Shown: positions 36,550-50,160 of the stretch, one piece after another
How positions within the stretch are numbered: the first letter of the stretch is position 1
How the letters are laid out: every line of letters begins with the position of its first letter
From: Chiloscyllium plagiosum
Taxonomy: Eukaryota
NCBI RefSeq assembly: GCF_004010195.1
Contig: NC_057719.1
Coordinates: 24,932,750 to 24,996,749 of the forward strand
Length of the DNA stretch: 64,000 nucleotides
Direction: 5' to 3'
Notes under the pieces: model-generated
Told to the model about the DNA's origin: nothing
Seen by the model: only the letters and a program-made list of their open reading frames with translations
Databases searched by the model: none
Translations under genes and position numbers: made by a program

Positions 36550-37991
36550 AGTGCCGGAAGACTGGAGGTTGGCAAATGTGGTGCCACTGTATAAGAAGGG
36601 TGATAAGGATAAGCCAGGGAACTATAGACCAGTGAGCCTGACCTCGGTGATGGGCAAGTTGTTGGAGGGAATCCTGAGGGAGAGGATGTACATGTATTTG
36701 GAAAGGCAAGGACTGATTCGGGATAGTCAGCATGGCTTTGTACGTGGGAAATCATGTCTCACAAACTTGATTGAATTTTTTGATGAAGTAACAAAGAAGA
36801 TTGATGAGGGCAGAGCAGTAGATATAATCTATATGGACTTCAGTAAGGCGTTCGACAAGTATACCCATGGGATACTGATTAGCAAGGTTAGATCTCATGG
36901 AATACAGGGAGAACTAGCCATTTGGATACAGAACTGGCTCAAAGGTAGAAGACAGAGGGTGGTGGTGGAGGGTTGTTTTTTAGACCAGAGTCTTGTGACC
37001 AGTGGAGTGCCACAAGGATCGGTGCTGGGTCCTCTACGTTTTGTCATTTACATAAATGATTTGGGTGCGAGCATGAGAGGTACAATTAGTAAGTTTGCAG
37101 ATGACACCAAAGTTGGAGATATAGTGCACAGCAAAGAGGGTTACCTCAGATTACAACAGGTTCTGGACCAGATGGGCCAATGGTCTGAGAAGTGGCAGAT
37201 GGAGTTTAATTCAGATAAATGCAAGGTGCTGCATTTTGGGAAAGCAAACCTTAGCAGGACTTATACACTTTATGGTAAGGTCCTAGGGAGTGTTGCTGAA
37301 CAAAGAGACCTTGGAGTGCAGGTTCATAGCTCCTTGAAAGTGGAGTTGCAGGTAGACAGGATAGTGAAGAAGGCGTTTGGTATGCTTTCCTTTATTGGTC
37401 AGAGTATTGAGTACAGGAGTTGGGAGGTCATGTGGCGGCTGTACAGGACATTGGTTAGGCCACTGTTGGAATATTGCTTGCAATTCTGGTCTTCCTATCG
37501 GAAAGGTGTTGTGAAACTTGAAAGGGTTGAGAAAAGATTTACAAGGATGTTGCCAGGGTTGGAGGATCTGAGCTGCAGGGAGAGGCTGAACAGGCTGGGG
37601 CTGTTTTCCCTGGAGCGTCGGAGGCTGAGGGATGACCTGATGGAGGTTTACAAAATTATGAGGGGCATGGATGGGATAAATAGACTGGGGTTGGGGAGTT
37701 CAGATATAGAGGGGGTAGGTTTAGGGTGAGAGGGGAAAGATATAAAAGAGACCTAAGGGACAACTTTTTCGCGCAGAGGGTGGTACGTGTATGGAATGAG
37801 CTGCCAGAGGATGTGGTGGAGGCTGGTACAATTGCAACATTAAGGCATTTGGATAGGTATATGAATAGGAAGGGTTTGGAGGGATATGGGCTGGATGCTG
37901 GCAGGTGGGACGAGATTTGGTTGGGATATCTGGTCGGCATGGACGGGTTGGACGAAAGGGTCTGTTTCCATGCTGTACATCTCTATGACTC
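36550..37991 (+). mobile_element. Young 5'-truncated CR1 LINE with a 392-codon RT ORF, in BTBD7 intron 1
   Basis: PEDWRLANVVPLYKKG..YRPVSLTS..QHGF..YMDFSKAFDK..GVPQGSVLGP..SKFADDTK. Confidence 0.95.
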
Positions 37992-39676
37992 TTAAGTTCA
38001 CTACCCTCCTCGGGCAAACAACCTTGCTGCATCTACCTTGTCAAAACCCTGAAGAATCTTAATTTGTAATGAGTTTTTCTCATTCTTCTAAACTTCAATG
38101 CATATAAGCTCAACCTATCCTCATAATAAAGTCCCTCCATACTTAGGATCAACTATAGGACATCATCTCTAAACTGCGTCCAACATCTTTATTTACAGAG
38201 GGGAACTAAAACTGTTCACTGTATTCCAAATGTGGTTTAACTTGTATAGATTTAGCAAGATCTTGCTATCTTTAGAGTCCACTCCCTTTGAAATAAGGGC
38301 CAACATTCCATTTGCTGTTTCTATGACCTGCTAAACTTGGATGCTTACCTTTTGCAAGTAATGCATGAGGATCCACAAATCCCTCTGTGCTGCAGCTTTC
38401 TGCAGTTTTTTTCCATTTAAGTATTCTTCCTTCTAAAGTACAAAATCTCACATTTTCTCACGTTATATTCCATATGACACGTTTTTGCCTATATCGATCT
38501 GTGGACATCCTTACTGTTTGCCTTCCCACCTATTTTAATATCATTTGCAAAGTTGACAATTGTACATTCACTTCTGTCATCCAAATCACTATAGAGTCAT
38601 ACAGCATGGAAGCAGGTGCTTAAGTCCAATTCGCCCACATGGACCAGATATCCTAAGCTGATCTAGTCCCATTTGGCTCATATTCCTCTAAACTCTTCCT
38701 CTTCATGTACCCATTCCGATGCCTTATAAATGTTGTAATTGTACCTGCCTCAAGCAGCTCGTTCCATACACTCACCTCGCTCCGCGTAAAAAAAAAAAAA
38801 GGTTGCCTGTCAGGTTCTTTTTAAATCTTTCTCCTCTCGCCTTCAACCTTAACATCAATGTATGTTATAAATAGCTATGGCCCCAGTGTTGATCCCTGTC
38901 ACACTACACTAGTTGTAGGCTGCTAAAATTTAAAATGTCCCCTTTATTCAAATTCTCTGTCTTCTGCTAGTCAGTCCTCTATCATGTTAATGTACTATCC
39001 CCAACACCATGGATTCTTATCTTATTAAGTAGTCCTCTGTGCAGTACTGTATTAAATGCCTTTATGTATAGACACTTAGTGTCTGGAATCTTAAAATCTG
39101 CCTGTAGTAATCTGAATGCATGCTTTCCTTCAAGATTTATTTTAAATATTAAGTGAGAAAGAATTTCAAATTTCCGTTCAGTTCTTACTCTCAAGACTTT
39201 GTGGTGCTTTTTCAAATGAAATGTGATTGTGGTCAAGATATGGCTGTCTTTTACAATACGTCCTTTTTTCCATCTCTCAAAGGTTGCCTGATGCTCACCA
39301 GCACATTTATTTTCTATTTGGGATACATGTTGCTGGCTAGCAACATACTATCATTTATTTTTGTAATGCACGAATGATTTAATTGCACAGCCCCTTTTTT
39401 GTACTACCATTTATGCATTGTAACATAGAGTCTGACTTGTGCATGGAGCCTTCAGATTGTCATGCAGTTTAGAGGGAACGGTGCTCGCAAAACCAATATT
39501 TCTTGTCCTTCCCTTATTGTCTTTTGAGATGATGAGCTGCTGCTGGTGATCCACTGTAGTCCATGCACCATAGATGCACAAGTATTGTTTGGTTTTGGCC
39601 CAGTGATGATGTAGGGCCAATACCATATTTCAGTCAGAGCAATGTGGAGTTGGCAGATTGTGGTCTTCCTTGCTAC

Positions 39677-40611
39677 TGTTATGGACTAGGCCAGACCCCT
39701 TAAAACATTTTTAAGCAGGTAGTCCAGACCATAACTGCGCTATTTGTTTAGCGAAGTGTATAGTAGATATTCCTGGTGTGAATTAGCTGGGCGGCACGGT
39801 GGCACAGTGGTTAGCACTGCTGCCTCACAGTGCCAGAGACCCGGGTTCAATTCCCGCCTCAGGCGACTCTCTGTGTGGAGTTTGCACATTCTCCCCGTGT
39901 CTGCGTGGGTTTCCTCCGGGTGCTCCGGTTTCCTCCCACAATCCAAAAATGTGCAGGTTAGGTGAATTGACCATGCTAAATTGCCCGTAGTGTTAGGTAA
40001 AGGGGTAAATGTAGGAGTATGGGTCTGGGTGGTATACGCTTCGGCGGGTCGGTGTGGACTTGTTGGGCCGAAGGGCCTGTTTCCACACTGTAAATAATCT
40101 AATCTAATCTAATCTAATCTAATCTAATCGATTGCCAGGTTTTAGACAAACAAAATTTATTTACAATATTATGGAATGAAACACAAAGAACAGAAAATAG
40201 AATACACAATAACTTATCCTATCAAAACCCGACTTAATGATACTATTCCAAAAATACACGCAACAGTCCCAATACACACATCCCTTAGCACAAACAATAA
40301 AACATGACACAGCCAACTCAGAGTTTGCAAGGAGAGAGAAGTCAGCAACCTGTTTCACACATCCCCTGCTGCAACTGAACGAAAAAAACCTCCGCTATCT
40401 GGACTGGCCAGTTCCCTTTTCATTATGCAAGTTATTTCTAAACCATGAAAGCCTTTGGGTAAACAAAAGGGCCCCAGTAAACCATTCACCTCTCCACCAA
40501 CTCTGCTGTTTCAGACCCTGGGCTGTTTTATGACCCCTCTGGAAAAAAATCAAGGACACAGTAACTTTGAGAAAAAGGAACAACTTTGAGAAAAGGGCCA
40601 GTTTTGTGACG
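39677..40611 (-). mobile_element. Probable solo LTR (~600 bp without the nested SINE)
   Basis: Termini TGTTA...GTGACG, flanks ctac/ctat, minus-strand AATAAA near 40157; interrupts an older repeat that rejoins across it. Confidence 0.6.
39789..40128 (+). mobile_element. Full-length young HE1-type SINE with (AATCT)n tail
   Basis: A box GGTGGCACAGTGG, B box GGGTTCAATTCCC, tail of about six AATCT units. Confidence 0.93.
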
Positions 40612-43600
40612 CTATCTTTGTCCTAAGTAGCAGTATTCATGGGTTTCTTGAAATGTGCTGTTGAAATCTGGGAATATTGCTGCAGTGCATTTTGTAGATG
40701 GTACATGTTGCAGCCACAGTGTATTGTTGAAACTAATGCTATTGCAGCATGTCCTTTCAAAATGAAAACATGAGCATTTATCTTTAGATGATATTAAATA
40801 CATTTTAAAATGAAACAATTATGATTCCGGTACCAATTGTTAATCAGTACCATTATATTGTCTAATTTTGTGTGTGATTAGGAATGCAATCTCATTGTGA
40901 GGAGTAGGTTAAGCATCCAAAATGGTATAAAGTTACTTTCTGTTGTGAAGATGAAGTTGCCATAGTCCTATCAGACTAAAGGGCCACTCTGTCATTATAG
41001 AAATGACTGCTGGTGATTTAACCTGAGACAAGGGGCGAGGTTGAGAAGGGGAGTCCTTCATGGTAAGCTCAGCAGGAATTGAATCCACACTCTTGGCATC
41101 ACCCAGCTTTGCAAACCATATGTTCAGCCAACTAAGCTACTGACCCCCTTTTATAGTTTAAGTGGGCTTATGCATATAACATCTTTTCAAATATATTTGT
41201 CCTATTATATGCAGATAAGGAGTGCAGTGAATACCACTGATCAAGAAATCGCATGTTGGAATAATACAGGTCTTGCCAACTTTAACAGCAGGACATCATG
41301 TAAATTTAATGGCTCTGTTTGCAGCTCAGTATCTGGACAAATTGAAGGCAAGTGTTTTGGTAAAATGGGGACACTTTGGCAGCATAGTTTGGGAGTCAAT
41401 GTGCAGTGGTCCTTGATTACAGTAAGTTTGCATGAGGGTCTCCTTACTAAATCACAAGCAGTGCTGGAAAAGTGCTTCTGTCCACAGGCCATGGTCCTTG
41501 CCTCACTTTAGCTGCTAGATTTTCTGAATATGAGGAACCTGACCTGCAGCTGTTAAATCCAAATTGATAAAACCTAAAATACACTCAAAACATTAATTCT
41601 GCTCTCTCCACAGATGCTGCCAGATGAGCAATTTCTATTTTTGCTTGATAAAATCAAAGGAGTCCTTATTTAAATGTTGTTAATTTCTCTCCATGGTTAC
41701 TCATCTAACAGTAAAGCTCCCCTACTTTGAATGGAAGGCTTGTTCACGACTGGTTTTCTGTTTCTAAGAATTTATCTCTTGCCCATTTCCTTGCCATTCA
41801 ATGTTATTAACATGCCCCACACCCTATACTATCTCATTGTGTACTTTCCACAGTGTACATTGAGTCTTCAATTACAAATAAGGAGCTCCATTATTAATAG
41901 TCTCTCTGATCATTTAGTGTACCCACTACATTGCTCTTTATCCTGGTCTGCTGTACCACAGAATAGTACAGACAGAAATTATGAATGGGCGATTGTCATT
42001 TATCTTTGCTTTTTTTTTATTTGGTTGTTACTTTGGTTTCCTGAGGAATGGAATTGTTATAAGTGTTCCTGGGATTTTGAGGTTAGATTTTCCGACCAAA
42101 CTTCTGTTGAGTTTTTCCTTTTGAATTCAAACTGCCCTCCCACCCTGCCCAAAAAAGGGGTTTTAATTTGTTACTGCCTTTACTACTGTTCTACCTAATT
42201 CTTATACTTGAGCAGTTGATTCCCCTGTTAATGACCCATTAGGTCTTGGGGCGTTTGAAAAAGTTCCCTATGTATTTGGAAAATTTTCTGTTAAATTTGA
42301 TTGAAAAGGTTTTTGGAGTTGTTTTTCAGGACAAATGGATGCTGTAATATAGGTGTCCCATTCAAGAGTACACGTACACATATGTGACATCGAGGATTAT
42401 TGCCTAACCTCAATTTAATCGTTATTTCCCATAGTGTGAATTTGAGATTGAATGTTGCATTTAATGATAACATTAAATTCCTCCCCCTCCAGTGTAGAAT
42501 CACAGCTGTGTTTTGTTTTCTGATTAAGTGCTTTCTTGTATTTGCCATCAGCAATTTATGTAAAACCATTACCTTTTTAAAAGCTTTGCTATCATTCGCT
42601 TGCAATGTTAAAATATTTAGCATTTTGTGAATGCCTTGGGTTGTAAATAATATGACATTGTAAGAGTGTTAAGATAATATTCTTTCACACCTGCTTTTAG
42701 GCTTTTTTGTTTCTGTCTTCCTTCACTAGTGTTTAGAGTCAATCAATTGCAGCATCCATCATTTGAGGTGATGTGTGTAATTTTTTTTATCCTAAGTAAT
42801 CTAGCATGTCATGGGTGGGGAAGAATTCACAAATTATCTTAGGGACACAGAGTTTGGAAGCCCCAGGTTCAAGACCCATCTGCTTCAGAGGTGTGTCATA
42901 CAGCTGAACAGGTCGATTAAATAAAATCTGTTGAAACTTTATTGCTGGAACAGCGCAGCAGGTCAGGCAGCATCCAGGGAACAGGAGATTCGACGTTTCG
43001 GGCACAGGCCCTTCTTCAGGAATGAGCAGAGAGTGTTCAGCAGGAGAAGATAAAAGGTAGGGAGGAGGGACTTGGAGGAGGGGAGTTGGAAATGTGATAG
43101 GTGGAAAGAGGTCAAGGTGAGGGTGATAGGTCGGAGTAGGATGGAGGCGGAGAGGTCAAGAAGAAGACTACAGGTCAGGAAGGCAGTGCCGGGCTGGAGG
43201 GATCCGGCGGAGACAAGGTGGGGGGAGGGGGGATGAAGAAACTGGTGAAGTCCAAGTTCATCCCCTGCGGTTGGAGGGGTCCCAGTCGGAAGATAAGACG
43301 CTCCTCCTCCGACCGCCGGGTTGTTGTGGTTTGGCGGTGGATGAGTCCAATGACCTGCATATCCTCGGTGGAGTGGGAGGGGGAGTTGAAATGCTGTGCT
43401 ACAGGGTGGTTGGGTTGGTTCGGCCGGGTGGCCCAGAGGTGCTCTTTGAATCGCTCCGCAAGTAGGCGGCCTGTCTCCCCAATATAGAGGAGGCCACACC
43501 GGCTGCAGCGGATGCAGTAGATGATGTGGGTGGAGGTGCAGGTGAATCTGTGGCGGATATGGAAGTTTCCTTTGGGGACTTGGAGAAAAGTGAGGGGGGG

Positions 43601-44090
43601 AGGTGTGGGCGCAAGTGTTGCACCTCCGGCGGTTGCAAGGGAAGGTGCCGGGAGTGGAGGGTGGGTCGGTGGGGGGTGTGGATCTGACAAGGGAGCCNNN
43701 NNNNNNNNNNNNNNNNNNNNNNNNNNNNNNNNNNNNNNNNNNNNNNNNNNNNNNNNNNNNNNNNNNNNNNNNNNNNNNNNNNNNNNNNNNNNNNNNNNNN
43801 NNNNNNNNNNNNNNNNNNNNNNNNNNNNNNNNNNNNNNNNNNNNNNNNNNNNNNNNNNNNNNNNNNNNNNNNNNNNNNNNNNNNNNNNNNNNNNNNNNNN
43901 NNNNNNNNNNNNNNNNNNNNNNNNNNNNNNNNNNNNNNNNNNNNNNNNNNNNNNNNNNNNNNNNNNNNNNNNNCCTACTCCGCCCTATCACCCTCACCTT
44001 GGCCTCTTTCCACCTATCACATTTCCCCCGCCCCTCCTCCAAGTCCCTCCTCCCTACCTTTTATCTTCTCCTGCTGAACACTCTCTGCTC

Positions 44091-44126
44091 ATTCCTGAAG
44101 AAGGGCCTGTGCCCGAAACGTCGAAT
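44091..44126 (+). ncRNA. Minimal hammerhead ribozyme motif, copy 1 (predicted cleavage after 44122)
   Basis: AUUC-CUGAAGA-A-GGGC-CUGU-GCCC-GAAA-CG-UC|GAAU. Confidence 0.75.
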
Positions 44127-44376
44127 CTCCTGTTCCCTGGATGCTGCCTGACCTGCTGTGCTGTTCCAGCAATAAAGTTTCAACTTTGATCTCCAGCATC
44201 TGCAGACCTCACTTTCTTGCAGTCTTCTGCAGTCTTCTTCTTGACCTCTCCGCCTCCATCCTACTCCGACCTATCACCCTCACCTTGACCTCTTTCCACC
44301 TATCACATTTCCAACTCCCCTCCTCCAAGTCCCTCCTCCCTACCTTTTATCTTCTCCTGCTGAACACTCTCTGCTC

Positions 44377-44412
44377 ATTCCTGAAGAAGGGCCTGTGCCC
44401 GAAACGTCGAAT
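44377..44412 (+). ncRNA. Minimal hammerhead ribozyme motif, copy 2 (predicted cleavage after 44408)
   Basis: Identical to copy 1, 286 nt downstream. Confidence 0.75.
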
Positions 44413-47400
44413 CTCCTGTTCCCTGGATGCTGCCTGACCTGCTGCGCTGTTCCAGCAATAAAGTTTCAACTTTGATCTCCAGCATCTGCAGACCTCACTT
44501 TCTCCTTAAATAAAATCTGTGCCAAGTTTAGAGAAAATGCAGAAATCTTCCCATGTCATATCGACATAATTGTGGATATATTAAAGAGCAAGCATTCTGA
44601 TTCAGGTGTATGGTTCCAGTATTAAATTTTCTGTTAAAAGTTGCCCAAAGAACTGGATTTTTGGACACTGTGAAATGATCTACAGAAGTGTCAGGCACCA
44701 CTATCTTGAAGTCTCTCAAGACATCAAGTGGGCTCTTAGGGTTTTGCTTGAAGGAGGAAGGTTTGGTAGTTTTAACACTGAAGATATCATTGCCTGGTTG
44801 TGCCCTTGCAGAGGGAGTAACTCAGCTAACCCCATACAATTGCATTTTCCCAGTAACCTCAAATATTTTTCTTCAGATAACTGTTCAATTCCCTTTTGAA
44901 AGCCCTAATTCAATCTGTCTCCCCCACAGTCTCAGGCTATTTATTTCAGATCCTAAAAACCTTGTGCTTTAAAGCAAATTTTGCCTTCTGTAGACTTTAG
45001 TTTTTTGTTTAATTTCTTTAAATTGCTGTCCTCTGGTTTTTGACTATTCTATACTTTTCTGTATCTACTATGTGCAAATCCCACATAGTTTTGAATACCT
45101 CCATCAAATTTCCTTTCAACTGTCTTTTCTCCAAAGGGAACCGCCAATGTCTCCAAGCTACCCATATAACTTTGATTCTATATTCATTTTCTCGTTTGTT
45201 TTATCAAAAGATGTTTTTGCTTGGGGAAAAAAAACTGACTTTTGTTATAGTTTGGTTAGAGATGGGGCAATGTTGATATTCAAGCTTACTCTGCTGTAGA
45301 GTGGTATTCCACAGATTTAACAATGGATAATATGGGTTGTAAACAAGGAAACAGGCAAATTTGGCCCTATTTTCCATGCTCATGTTTATGTTCTACTCGA
45401 CCTCCTCCCATCTTTGCTCTTCTAAATCTACCATTATAACGTCCTATTTCCTTCCCCCTCCTGTACTTGTCTAGATTCCCCTTAAATGCATCTAAATGCA
45501 TATCCTAGACCAACCATGCTTTCTATCCTAAGGTCCAAAGTGCACTCATCAATAAACAGCCCACGATGTTCAGTACTATTACAACTCTTCTGATATTGAA
45601 GTAGCCTGAACGCAGTGAGATCTGGCCAATATTCAGGTATGGACTGAAGTGTCAAGCAAAAACCATCTCCAAAAAGACAGGAACAACATTTTATGAGTGA
45701 AGGTTAACTTGCCACAGTCCCGGAGGACCATTGATTGGCGCTCTCATTGGAGATGTGAAATGCATCGCCTGAGATTGTAATGGGGGCAGTTTCATTAAGT
45801 TGCTTTGCAAAAATCTGTTACAAACATGTAACTTTTATTCCTTGACATTGAAAGAATAATTCTTTCTAATGTACATTTATTGTATAAATAAACTTGTTGT
45901 CTTGCTTTATTGTAAGATTCTCCTAAGATTCTGAATGTTCTTGATATATTTTCATTTGCAAGTAGCTGCAAATTTTGAAATGTTTCATAAATATCATTTA
46001 TGAATGATTATAGATAAATTTACTAAGGTTAAGCTTCTGGCTTTGTATTTTGCTGATCATATGATATATCAGGCAAGTGAGTCATTTTAACAAGTTGCAC
46101 AGATTTGTATTGCCAATGTCCCATTACAGTAACAGAATTAAAGCAATTCCAAGTTTGTGGTTGAAAAAGAAATGTAGGATGACTCTTAGCTCATATTTAT
46201 AGTTGTACACTTTTCTGATATTACCCTGGAGTATCAAAATAATTGTCTCTGAGATATATGGATCTGTCTCTGAGTGCAGCAATTCACAAATATTTGGGTG
46301 GCACAAGTCAAATGAAGTTTAGTTTAAAAAAAAAGTATTTAAATCCCTTGAGTAAAGCCATGGCTTCTACAACATTCTATTCAGTGTGTGAATCTGACCC
46401 TGTGCATGTATGAAGTAAAACTAGATTGCTCCCCAGCTGTCTTTTGCCTGCAGCATGTTTCTAATTCCCAGTGCACTTAAATGTCTGACTCTTTTCTATC
46501 TTGAAACTGACAAATTGTGAAGAAAAATTTTCAGATTCTTTGTTCTTCTGTGTTAAGAATTGTCCAGATTGATTTCTTTTTGCCATTTGACAGATTTGGT
46601 TAGTGTGATTTATAATATTTCTAGCAAGTTTTGGGATGATTCAAGGCGGCAGTACCTTGTGACTTCTGTAATAATGCTTTAGCTTGGTGGTCTCACCATC
46701 TTCAACCCTCATAATGGCTTTTTAACAGTCTTCTCGAATCAACTAATGGTTGTGGAAGAAGATTTACAGTAACTTTTTCAAAAATATATTTGAAGTCAAA
46801 CTTGTATTTATCATCTTTTGATATTTTACTAAACCATGGTGCAATGGCTCAGTCTATGCTGGGCACTATATTTAAATAATTAACTAAAGGAAACAAAATA
46901 TGGAATAATGTATTTCCTCATTAGGAAAGTAGGTATTTAAATTTGTATAATTTCTTCTGAGTTTATCTTGGAAGCTGTAAAATTAGAGTATTATCAAATT
47001 TTTACAGGGGCTGCTTTCCTTCTCTTATCTGTACCTATTTCAACTTACTGACAGTAACCAGGGTATTGAAGTTTCATAGGTTTGATAGGTTTTCATCTAC
47101 TTGAAAAATAGCATGATAATTGAAGATGTCTACAACAGAATATAAATTTTGCAATGTAATTTTTTTAGAAGTTGCTGGATTGGAAAATTCAGATATAAAG
47201 AGTTAGGGTTAAACTGTAAAAGTTTAAGAATTTGCCACTTCAAAATATTATATAAAATGAGAATATTGGAATTAACTTCACTGTTGGATCATAAATTTCT
47301 CACTGTTGGTGCTGAGGTGAATACCTTTTCATTATGGAAGGAATATTTGGTAATAGTTGCTCAAGTTTTGAAGAGATTATCTAGTAAGGCATGCCATCTC

Positions 47401-47433
47401 TGCATTATCATTAATTCTAATAAATAATTATTT

Positions 47434-47778
47434 GACGGCACGGTGGCTCAGTGGTTAGCACTGCTGCCTCATAGCGCTAGGATCCGGGTTTGATTCCAGC
47501 CTTGGGTAACTATCTGTGTGGAGTATGCACGTTTTCCCTGTGTTGGTTTCTGCTGGGTACTTCGGTTTCCTCCCACAGTCCAAATCCATGCTGATTAGAT
47601 GGGTAGGCCTTGCAAAATTGCCCTGTAGTGTCGAGGATGTGCAGGCTAGGTGGGTTAGCCATGTCAAATGTGCGGTTAAGGGGATCGGGTGAATTTGCAT
47701 GGGACACTCTTCGGAGGGTTGGTACAGACTCAATGGACCAAATGGCTTCTCTCTGCACTGTGGGGATTCTATGATTCT
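47434..47778 (+). mobile_element. Older HE1-like SINE with ATTCTATG tail
   Basis: A box GGTGGCTCAGTGG, degenerate B box, V-SINE-like core. Confidence 0.8.
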
Positions 47779-48989
47779 GAGAAGAATAAATTGATTTCTG
47801 TCCCTTTTCAAAGCGCCACTGGATATTACAACTCTTTTTGTAAATTATTAAAATGAAAGATGAAAGGCTTTAAAGATATTTGGGTCTTCTGAAGTTTTTC
47901 CAGTATGTATTTTATTCTCTTGTTTTGTTCTGCCAGTAACTCAGATTGAAGATTGAGATTTGGCTGATGAAATGGCTAAATATAAACCACTGTCATATGT
48001 GTGGATAATAAGAAACCCTCAGAAGTGCTGAAGATGCTATAGCAGAAATGTACTGTCGTCATGTTTTGCTGGTAAATTTGTTTATTATTATAGATTACTA
48101 AAACAGTTATTATCATGCTAGCCTTCATGCAGTCTGCAAGGGCTGAATGTAAATTTAAATAATTTGAATTTTTTTTTAGAATTTTAATTCATTTTGTCTC
48201 CTAACTCTGGAATTCAGATTTTTTTTTTAAATCCACTGTTCAAAACCTAATCTATAATCATTTGCACTGTTTAAGATCTTGGAATACATTTTATTTTTAA
48301 ACAGCATGAAAGGCAATTATGTCCTCTATATACTGTACTTTTTTTGTCACTTATGTACCTTAAAATTTTATCTTTTTATACAAAAGGCAGGGATTAACAT
48401 GGAAATGTTTTGAGTATTTACCAATTTGAAACATTGGTTTCTTTATTCCTCTGGACTATGTCAATCCTTTCTACTTGAGTTCCTTTATCCTACTTCCATA
48501 ACTTGTAGCGCTTGTCCAGATTTAATCTGTCTCTATTTTAAAAAGTTCATACATCTCCAGTTTTCTGTCATTACCCCTGACACAAGGTCAACTTTACAAT
48601 CCTTTGTAATTTCTTCAACACGACCATGTTCTTTGTTTCTTAGCAATTAATACTGGATACTCCCTTTTTGGTATTGTCTGACTTAAGTATTGAGGTTTAA
48701 CATGATTTCCTCTAATACTCTCCTACTCTGTGCTATTATTCAACACTCTGCTAGTTTTGTTAATTGCCACTCTGCACTGGCTAAATAGATTGTGTCCGCT
48801 AATGCTTGGATAGATTTAAGTTTCACTCTTGACAGTTTCAAAACCATTCATGGAATATACATTGTTCACTTTTCCAACCTTTGTTAAATATTTTACTGTG
48901 GTACTCTGTAAATGTGTAATGTGTAAATTGTGAGCGGCTTGCTAGGCCATTTCAGAGGGCAGTTCAGATTCATTCACATAATGGGCAGT

Positions 48990-50160
48990 GCAGCGATCAG
49001 TACTTGGATCCTAGCCATTCACAATATTATTCATGATTTAGATGAGGGAACTACAAATATTATCTCCCAAGTTTGCAGACAACACAAAGTTGGATGGGAG
49101 ATGAATTATGAGGAGGTTGCAGAGATACTCCAAGTGTGATTTGGAAAAGTTGTGTGTGGGGCAGTTGCATGCCAGTTTGAAGTATGATTTGGAGAAATGT
49201 GAAGTTATCCACTTTGGTAGCAAAAACGCAAAGGCAGATTATCTGAACGGCAATAACTTGGCAAAGTTGCAACAAGATCTGGGTGCCCTTGTACACCAGT
49301 TGCTAAAAGTAAACATGCAGGTGAAGCAGGCAGATGATATTTGGTGTTCGTTGTGAGAGGACTTGAGTACAGGAGCAGGGATGTCTTGCTGCAATTGTAC
49401 AGTCCCTTGGTCAGACCACTGCTGAAGTATTATGTGCTGCTTTGATCTTCTAATCTGACAAATAATTTTTTTAGTTTAGAGGCTTACTAGACTGATTTCT
49501 TGGATAGCAGAACTGACCTATGAAAGAGACTGGTTCCGTTAGGGTTATTTATTGGAGTTTGGGAGAATGGGGAGAGGTCTCGTAGAAACCTATAAAATTT
49601 CAGTAGGAGAGCTCTTTCCATGCTTTATGACTCTGACTGGATAGAGTAAACACAGGAAAGATTTTCCCAATGAACGGGGCATTTCACTCCAAGGATACAG
49701 TGCAGGCTATTAAGGAGGGAGAGGAGGAGAAATTTCTTGGCAGAGCGTGTTGAGGTTGTGGAATTCTCTACCATAGAATGCAATTTAGGCCAAAATATTG
49801 AATTCTTCAAGAAGGAATTAGGTATAGTTCTTGGTTTAAAGGGTCTGGGCAAAAGTGTGAACAGGTGAAAGTGAGGACTGCAGATGCTGGAGATCAGAGT
49901 CAAGATTAGTGGTGCTGGAAAAGCACAGCAGGTTGGGGAGTATCAACGTTTCAGGCACCATTCCTTGTGAAGGGCTTTTGCCCGAAACGTGAATTTTCCC
50001 TGCTCCTCGGATGCTGCCTGACCTACTGTACTTTTCCAGCACCACTCTAATCTTGACTGCAAAAGTGAGAACAGGTTACTGAGTTGGATGATCAGCCATG
50101 AGTATATTGAATGACAGATCAGATTTGAAGGGCTGAATGGCTTACTCCAAGCACTGCTTT
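48990..50160 (+). mobile_element. Old degraded CR1 LINE
   Basis: KCEVIHFGSKNAKADY motif in ORF 49108-49356 and CR1 3' UTR remnants. Confidence 0.7.
49867..50058. mobile_element. 192-bp fold-back PLE mini-element with 18-bp TSD, inserted in the CR1 3' end
   Basis: TSD gcaaaagtg(t/a)gaacaggt at 49849-49866 and 50059-50076; decayed core cttgtgaagggcttttgcccgaaacgtg. Confidence 0.85.

Larger units (their letters stand above)
42932..44505. mobile_element. Young Neptune-type PLE in BTBD7 intron 1: minus pLTR plus GIY-YIG, gap (43698-43973), two tandem plus-strand pLTRs; 15-bp TSD
   Basis: ORF 43175-43690 FTCTSTHIIYCIRCSRCGLLYIGETGRLLAERFKEHL; TSD ttaaataaaatctgt at 42917-42931 and 44506-44520. 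Confidence 0.92.

Noticed and set aside
39789..39860. tRNA-like sequences at SINE 5' ends
   Set aside because: SINE heads continuous with the HE1 body, not tRNA genes.
42963..44189. Long ORFs of 182-359 aa
   Set aside because: Inflated by the 276-N assembly gap; the real parts are PLE sequence.
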